Shown piece after piece: positions 48,289 through 54,144 of a stretch of DNA of 54,144 nucleotides. The notes beneath the pieces were generated by a model. That model saw nothing but the letters and a program-made list of their open reading frames with translations, was not told the DNA's origin and did not search any database. Made by a program: the position numbers and the translations under genes. Source of the DNA: Algoriphagus sp. Its GTDB lineage: Bacteria > Bacteroidota > Bacteroidia > Cytophagales > Cyclobacteriaceae. The stretch lies in assembly GCF_024642405.1 (NCBI RefSeq), contig NZ_JAHEBC010000001.1, positions 1 to 54,144 of the forward strand, written 5' to 3'. Every line of letters begins with the position of its first letter. The first letter of the stretch is position 1.

Positions 48289-49248
48289 TTACTTTTTTAA
48301 AACCATCACTTTATCCTCATCAAATTGAAGATAAACTCTATCTCCAATCTTAAATTTTCGAAGAGGATCATCCACTTCCCATAGATCTCCACCATTTTTT
48401 AATCTGACTTGAAGACTATTGAAATGAACTAAAAATCTTGAATCCTCTACATGTCCAAGAATAGATCCTTTACTCCTTAATTTCACATTTGAAGGCCGGA
48501 TATAAGAGTTAAACCTATCTGGAATTAAATTAATCGGACTAAATAGTTGAGCTACATATTTGGATTTTGGATTTTCGCAAAGCTCTTGGGAGGTCCCCAT
48601 TTGAATAGTTTTACCATTTTGCAAAATCAGCAAATTATCGGTTAATCTTAAGGCATCATCCAAATCATGAGTTACAAAAATTACGGTGGTGCCTAATTCC
48701 AAAAATAATTCTTTAAGTTCTGAAATCAGTTGGTGGGTTTGAATTGTATCCAGTGAACTGAAAGGTTCATCGAGAAGCAAGAGATCCGGTTCAACGCTTA
48801 AGGCTTTTGCTATTGCTACTTTCTGTTGTTGCCCTCCAGACAGTTGTCTTGGATAACGATCTTTAAAATCTCTTAAGCCAAGAAGTTTTAAAAGCGTTTC
48901 AACTCTTACTTTTCCATAATCTTTTTCAAAATGTAAAAGGGGCCTTGCTATATTTTCTTCAACAGTAGAATTGGGAAACAAATGATAATCTTGGTGAATA
49001 AGTTTTATCTCATCATATCCAGAAACAAGCTTATGTTTAGGGTTCAAGATTAACTCACCATCTAAATGTACCTCCCCTGCATCCTGTACCAATAGCCCGG
49101 CCATGATCTTTAACAAAGTACTTTTCCCTGAACCACTCGCTCCTACTATGGATAGGAAATCCCCTTTCTCAAGTTCCAATGAAAAATTTGTAACTGCTGC
49201 GGTATGGCCATAAGTTTTTGAAACCTGGCGCAATGAAAAGTAACTCAT
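48289..49248 (-). CDS. ABC transporter ATP-binding protein (PotA/FbpC-like, no adjacent permease)
   Basis: GASGSGKS, LSGGQQQ, LLLLDEPFS, VTHD. Confidence 0.93.
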   Translation of the reverse strand: MSYFSLRQVSKTYGHTAAVTNFSLELEKGDFLSIVGASGSGKSTLLKIMAGLLVQDAGEVHLDGELILNPKHKLVSGYDEIKLIHQDYHLFPNSTVEENIARPLLHFEKDYGKVRVETLLKLLGLRDFKDRYPRQLSGGQQQKVAIAKALSVEPDLLLLDEPFSSLDTIQTHQLISELKELFLELGTTVIFVTHDLDDALRLTDNLLILQNGKTIQMGTSQELCENPKSKYVAQLFSPINLIPDRFNSYIRPSNVKLRSKGSILGHVEDSRFLVHFNSLQVRLKNGGDLWEVDDPLRKFKIGDRVYLQFDEDKVMVLKK

Positions 49249-49595
49249 AGACGTATTTCTGCCTGAATTTTTTTAGGCAGGCGGTCAAATATAAGTTCGT
49301 ATGAGTGATCTGCCAATTCTAAAATCAAAGAATCAGGAACATTCCCAGTGGTACTAACTGAATTCCATTGCTTTTTATTCATATGATACCCCGGTGTAAT
49401 GCCATCATACTTTTCTCTCAATTCAACCGCTCTTTCAGGATCACATTTAAGATTTATGTATTCAAATAAATTAATAGAAGTAATAGAGAAGATTTTTCCC
49501 CCTACCCTAAAGCACAAAGTATCCTCATCAAACGGAGTATCTTCTGTTACTCCAGGTTTAGCTAAACAATAATCTCGAAAGTATACTAAATCCAT
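49245..49595 (-). CDS. MmcQ/YjbR family protein
   Basis: E..PF....L.F.VGGK.F, NLKCDPE, PGYHMNK..W. Confidence 0.93.
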   Translation of the reverse strand: MDLVYFRDYCLAKPGVTEDTPFDEDTLCFRVGGKIFSITSINLFEYINLKCDPERAVELREKYDGITPGYHMNKKQWNSVSTTGNVPDSLILELADHSYELIFDRLPKKIQAEIRL

Positions 49596-49712
49596 AAGCT
49601 TACTTTTTTTACGATCATTTTTGAAAAATAACTAATTGAATTCAAATTGCATCCCAGACTTAGAATTATACAAGTTTTGAAGAACCTTTTTATTATTAAA
49701 AGGTTTACCTTT

Positions 49713-49728
49713 TGTGAGTAAGGTCACT
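49713..49728. promoter_or_regulatory. CRP/FNR-family-like site
   Basis: TGTGA-gtaagg-TCACT (9/10 match to TGTGA-N6-TCACA). Confidence 0.45.
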
Positions 49729-49761
49729 CAAGTGAAAAGATAAAAAAGTCACCTTTGTTTC

Positions 49762-50646
49762 ATGGAAAAATACATCAAAGCAATTTCAGACGGATATTAC
49801 GGTTATTGGAATTATTTGGTAAATGAAATCCTCAACCCATCTTGGCATAATTACTTCTATTGGCTCATTGGTGCCTCTTTGGTTATTTGGCTTTTAGAGA
49901 TTGCTTTTCCTTGGAGAAAAAATCAACCTATCATCAGAGAACACTTCTGGCTTGATATCTTCTATATCTTTTGGAACTACTTTTTGTTCGCTCTCATCGC
50001 CTACAATGCCCTTTCCATGGTGGCAGTAGAAGCCTTCAATGATTTCCTAGGTCTTTTTGGGATTACAAATGTGGTGGCGATTAAGGTAGATCAACTTCCA
50101 AGATGGGTCCAATTGCTGTTGATTTTTCTGATTCGAGATTTTATGCAATGGGCAATACATATGATGTATCATCATGTAGGCTGGATGTGGGAATTCCACA
50201 AAGTTCACCATAGTACAAGAGAAATGAGCTTTTCTGCCCTCTTAAGATATCATTGGATGGAGAATATTTTATATAGAACCTTGGAATATATTCCATTAGC
50301 TATGATTGGATTTGGAATAACTGACTTTTTTATTGTTCATATTTTCACACTTGTGATTGGACAATTAGGACATGCAAATCTTTATATTCCATTAGGTCCA
50401 TTTCGTTACATAATCAATGGTCCACAAATGCATCTTTGGCATCATGCTAAAAACCTTCCAGAATCGCATCCAAATGGATTTAACTTTGGGATTTCTCTAA
50501 GTCTATGGGATTTTATTTTCAAAACAAATTATTGGCCATCAGATGATGAAAACCTTCCGGTGGGACTCCCAGATGATGAAAATTATCCTGAAGATTTTTG
50601 GGGTCAAAACCTAGCTCCATTCAAACGGATCTTTCAAAAAAAATAA
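49762..50646 (+). CDS. Sterol desaturase/fatty acid hydroxylase family membrane protein
   Basis: His boxes HMMYH, HKVHHS, HAN, HLWHH; NFG...S.WD. Confidence 0.92.
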   Translation: MEKYIKAISDGYYGYWNYLVNEILNPSWHNYFYWLIGASLVIWLLEIAFPWRKNQPIIREHFWLDIFYIFWNYFLFALIAYNALSMVAVEAFNDFLGLFGITNVVAIKVDQLPRWVQLLLIFLIRDFMQWAIHMMYHHVGWMWEFHKVHHSTREMSFSALLRYHWMENILYRTLEYIPLAMIGFGITDFFIVHIFTLVIGQLGHANLYIPLGPFRYIINGPQMHLWHHAKNLPESHPNGFNFGISLSLWDFIFKTNYWPSDDENLPVGLPDDENYPEDFWGQNLAPFKRIFQKK

Positions 50647-50722
50647 ATCAGTCGAAGATTAGTCTTTTTATTTTTTCCATCGTTTAAGAATTTGTGATTC
50701 CTAATAACATCACATCTCAAGC

Positions 50723-50836
50723 ATGGCTAAACAACCTGAAGGGAAACCGAAAAATGATAAAACGGCCCCCACAAAAACCCTGAAAGAAAAAAGAGCTGCG
50801 AAAGCAGCGAAGAAAGAAAGTAAAAAGAGGGATTAA
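50723..50836 (+). CDS. Small Lys-rich protein (37 aa), missing from the ORF track
   Basis: MAKQPEGKPKNDKTAPTKTLKEKRAAKAAKKESKKRD*, followed 15 nt later by a strong terminator. Confidence 0.72.
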   Translation: MAKQPEGKPKNDKTAPTKTLKEKRAAKAAKKESKKRD

Positions 50837-50851
50837 AATATTCTCAAACCT

Positions 50852-50879
50852 AGGTGCAGAAATTCTGCACCTTTTTTTT
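50852..50879 (+). terminator. Terminator hairpin, copy 1 of 27-bp direct repeat
   Basis: AGGTGCAGAA-A-TTCTGCACCT-TTTTTTT. Confidence 0.88.
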
Positions 50880-51034
50880 GTTTAAAATGAATCAACAAAT
50901 TAGATGAGTGATAATTAAAAAAAGTCATAAAATACAATGGTAAATTAGATTTGTCTAATTAGTATAATATTACTAAATTCATTTAGCTTTTCTTTTAGCT
51001 ATTGATTTATAAGTTGAATTTTTTAAACAAATTG

Positions 51035-51865
51035 ATGATGTTATTTAAAAGTTTTCTACCATCACTTCCACTACAGCCTTTTATAAAAACTTACCAGATA
51101 AGACATTTTACATTTGAACCTGGAGCGAAAATTCCAATTAAAGCCTTTCCACCCCGACCCGAACAATATTTACTTTTCTTTCCTAGAGGTTTTGAAACAC
51201 AATTCAACTCAGAGGGAGGCAATAGCAAGAAATTATCAAAGCCAACTATCACTGGTCAATACACCCAAAGGATAAATAGGCTGGTCAGTCATGATTATCT
51301 TTTAATTCAGGTTGTTTGTAAACCCGGAGCTTTATTTAGGCTTACAGGAATTCCCTACTACGAAATGCGAGACCAAAGCATTGAATTGGATTCCGTTTTT
51401 CCGAATGAATTCAATACAATAAATCAACAGCTGCAGGACTCGAAATCCTATTTAGAAATGATATCCTATATGGATATTTTTCTTTTGGACCTTTTTAACA
51501 AAAAATCGAAGGAGGTCAATCTTCCATTTGATAAAGTAATCCCTTTCTTAACTAATTGGAATGGATCTATGAATATAGATTGGCTAGCAGATCAGGCATG
51601 TTTATCTGTTAGGCAATTTGAAAGACTTTCTAAGTCCTATTTTGGGATTTCTCCTAAAACCATGACTCGTATAGCTAGGTTTACTGCAGCATTTATCATG
51701 AGATCAAGACATCCGGAATACTCTTGGATTCAAATTGCATGGGAATGTGGGTATGAAGATTACCAACATTTAGTTAGAGATTATAAAGATTTTTCTGAAG
51801 TAACTCCCAACCAACTTTTAATAGCTGACCAAAATGCACCAGATCGTGTGCTTGGTTTAAGGTGA
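51035..51865 (+). CDS. AraC family transcriptional regulator (DUF6597-like N-terminus)
   Basis: PS..L.PFIK.Y N-terminus; LA...CLS.RQFER......G.SPK...RI.RF and IA.ECGY.D..HL..D.K.F...TP HTH. Confidence 0.92.
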   Translation: MMLFKSFLPSLPLQPFIKTYQIRHFTFEPGAKIPIKAFPPRPEQYLLFFPRGFETQFNSEGGNSKKLSKPTITGQYTQRINRLVSHDYLLIQVVCKPGALFRLTGIPYYEMRDQSIELDSVFPNEFNTINQQLQDSKSYLEMISYMDIFLLDLFNKKSKEVNLPFDKVIPFLTNWNGSMNIDWLADQACLSVRQFERLSKSYFGISPKTMTRIARFTAAFIMRSRHPEYSWIQIAWECGYEDYQHLVRDYKDFSEVTPNQLLIADQNAPDRVLGLR

Positions 51866-52085
51866 TTCCTTTTTTGCCGGAATTTATTCGATTACTTAGT
51901 CAATAATCAAAATTTCAAGATTTTAATACTCGCTGAAAAGTGGAAAGACTGACGTTTCATTTATGGTTCAGAACGAAAGATGTCGATTTTTTACCACCTA
52001 AAAGCGGTTTTTAGTTGCAACCTTTAACTAGCAATTAAAGGAAATTTTATTGCCAAACATTCTTTAACCTTAATCCAAAATTGAA

Positions 52086-53447
52086 ATGAAAAATCTCAAA
52101 AAAAAGTTTTCCATCGATTTTCAAAATTTGAGAATCAAGATTGTAGCACTGGTAATTATGCCATTTTTAATTGGTGTTATTATCCAAAGTTGTAACCCCA
52201 GAGAACAGGGGCTCCCGGTAAAACCACATAAAAGTCCAGAAATGGTTTTAAAATGGAATACCCAAATCCAAAAGGCTTATACGTTTCAGGGTGCTGGAAG
52301 TGGGTTTTCTCCTCCCCTCATTGCAAGATTATTCGCAATGTATCATGCGGGAATGCATGACGTGTTAAATGCTATTGATCCAAGATTTGAAACTTATGCC
52401 TATTTTGAAAAAGACCCTGAAGCAAATCCAGAAGCAGCGGTTGCACAAGTTGTGTATGACCTTTTTCAAGAAATAGGAGGCACATTAAAACCTATTTATT
52501 CTAATTCTTTTGACAGCTTATTACAAGCTAGCTTAGCTAGTGTACCAGATGGCCAAGCAAAGGAAAAAGGGATTGAGCTTGGTAAAAAAGTTGCTCAGGC
52601 AATACTTACCAAGAGAGCTCCAGATGGTCCTTATTTGCAACTAGCAGGATACCCCACTACGCCTGCTTCTGGAACTGAGTCTGGCCAATACCAGTATATT
52701 CCACCATTGAATTATGCTTTAGCAGGATTTCATTTACAAAATACGTGGGTCATCAACAGTTCGGATCAATTCCGAGAGGAACCTCCCTACCCAACTAATA
52801 GCCCAGAATACCTTGCCGATTTTAATGAAGTAAGAGATTATGGAGAAAAAAACAGTGTACTTAGAAGCGCTGACCAGAAAGCCTATGGAGTTTTTTGGGC
52901 AGAAAACACTTCCCGTGGTTGGAATGGTGTGGCAAGAGACATTATGTCAAAAGTCCCAGAAAAAATAATTGATGAGTGGCAAGCAGCAAGACTCTTAGCA
53001 TTGGTTCATTTTGCAATTGCTGATGCATATATCGCAGTTTTTGACTCCAAAGTTCACTTTAATTATTGGAGACCTATTAGCGCAATTCGACAAGGAGACT
53101 TTGATGATAACCCAAACACTATAGGCAATCCTATTTGGGAATCAACCCTCACTACACCACCTGTAGGAGAATACCCATCTGCACATGCTTTAACAGGTGC
53201 CGCAGCGGGACAAATCCTAATCAGGTATTTCAAAAATAAAAATATTCCTATTACGATCGATAGCGGTTATTGGCCTGGAACTAGGTCTTTTCCTGATATC
53301 AAATCTGCCATCAGAGAAAATTCTTTATCAAGAATTTATATAGGCTATCATTTTAGAAAAGCAGTGGAGGTTGGCGAAAAATCTGGTTTTGAAGTTGGAG
53401 ACTTTGTATATGATCATGCTTTACAGCCAAAATTTAAAAACAAATAG
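52086..53447 (+). CDS. Vanadium-dependent haloperoxidase (PAP2 superfamily), predicted lipoprotein
   Basis: Lipobox IQSC; SK..FNYWRP, EYPSAHA and SRIY.GYHF vanadate-binding motifs; Y..DF.EV..YG. Confidence 0.88.
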   Translation: MKNLKKKFSIDFQNLRIKIVALVIMPFLIGVIIQSCNPREQGLPVKPHKSPEMVLKWNTQIQKAYTFQGAGSGFSPPLIARLFAMYHAGMHDVLNAIDPRFETYAYFEKDPEANPEAAVAQVVYDLFQEIGGTLKPIYSNSFDSLLQASLASVPDGQAKEKGIELGKKVAQAILTKRAPDGPYLQLAGYPTTPASGTESGQYQYIPPLNYALAGFHLQNTWVINSSDQFREEPPYPTNSPEYLADFNEVRDYGEKNSVLRSADQKAYGVFWAENTSRGWNGVARDIMSKVPEKIIDEWQAARLLALVHFAIADAYIAVFDSKVHFNYWRPISAIRQGDFDDNPNTIGNPIWESTLTTPPVGEYPSAHALTGAAAGQILIRYFKNKNIPITIDSGYWPGTRSFPDIKSAIRENSLSRIYIGYHFRKAVEVGEKSGFEVGDFVYDHALQPKFKNK

Positions 53448-53628
53448 TCTTTGCTGATTAAGTAGATGATGTAACCTAAATGGCCGATTTCTTTAGAAAA
53501 GAATAAAGATAATTTTAATATGAATCTCCAACTTGGCATTAATAAGCATTTTCTTCGCAGGTTGTTTGAAAAGAAAAACCATTCTCAGCATCTTTTTCAG
53601 AAATTAAATCGATTGAGTTTGTAAATGA

Positions 53629-53655
53629 AGGTGCAGAAATTCTGCACCTTTTTTT
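53629..53655 (+). terminator. Terminator hairpin, copy 2 of 27-bp direct repeat
   Basis: AGGTGCAGAAATTCTGCACCTTTTTTT, identical to 50852-50878. Confidence 0.85.
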
Positions 53656-53710
53656 ATGCCTAATAATTCCTATTGATTAGATTAGATGAAACCCAAACAA
53701 CCACCAACAA

Positions 53711-54144
53711 ATGGACAATCTTTCCTCTCCTTCAAAAAGGCTAGTCTCATTGGACACCTTTCGGGGAATAACCATGTTTTTGCTGATTGCAGAAGCAGCT
53801 TTAGTTTACGACTCATTGCTGGAAGCATTCCCCGAACCAGGATTTTTTAATTCCTTTTTTACACAATTTACCCATCATCCTTGGAATGGGCTACGATTTT
53901 GGGATTTGATTCAACCATTCTTCATGTTTATAGTGGGTGTAGCAATGCCTTTCTCTTTGAACAAACGCTTGGCAAATCATGCGGACAGATCTCAAGTCAC
54001 CAAACATATGCTGAAGAGATGTTTGTTACTTTTTCTTTTTGGAACAGGGCTTCATTGTATTTACAGCGGGAAATTGGTTTTTGAACTTTGGAATGTCTTG
54101 ACCCAACTTTCATTTACAATTTTGGTCACCTATTTTCTAATCAG
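53711..54144 (+). CDS. HGSNAT/NagX-like (DUF5009) membrane acyltransferase, partial (runs off right edge)
   Basis: MDNLSSPSKRLVSLDTFRGITM...HHPWNGLRFWDLIQPFFMFIVGVAMPFS. Confidence 0.88.
   Translation, partial: MDNLSSPSKRLVSLDTFRGITMFLLIAEAALVYDSLLEAFPEPGFFNSFFTQFTHHPWNGLRFWDLIQPFFMFIVGVAMPFSLNKRLANHADRSQVTKHMLKRCLLLFLFGTGLHCIYSGKLVFELWNVLTQLSFTILVTYFLI

Noticed and set aside
53520-53624. 34-aa ORF MNLQLGINKH... inside the cassette's right end
   Set aside because: No motif or promoter support; likely a chance ORF.
53881-54084. 67-aa ORF from the track
   Set aside because: Wrong frame inside the DUF5009/NagX-like gene that starts at 53711.

Overview
AT-rich Bacteroidota chromosome window, probably Cytophagales/Cyclobacteriaceae (Algoriphagus-like). 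The assignment is inferred from TAnnTTTG promoters, the SusC/SusD pair and gene content. It is mostly core genes: lepB end, ung, apaG, rpsF-rpsR-rplI, tRNA-Gln(TTG), prs-rplY-pth, a SAM riboswitch ahead of a metZ-like gene, hisS, pdhB, ffh and slyD. Accessory blocks are: a 1022-aa orphan with a tailspike/beta-helix-like signature; a CAZyme-free SusC-SusD-FG-GAP/ASPIC locus with LacI-like operators; a glycosylasparaginase-cutC-heme/FG-GAP operon whose last gene has an in-frame TGA; a TonB-type receptor opposite a LytS/LytTR pair with 21-bp-phased repeats; and an araC plus vanadium-haloperoxidase cassette bracketed by two identical 27-bp terminator hairpins. Two very basic small ORFs absent from the ORF track (47 and 37 aa) each have their own terminator. 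I saw no CRISPR array, transposase, integrase or rRNA. All calls come from motif recognition by eye; no searches were run.
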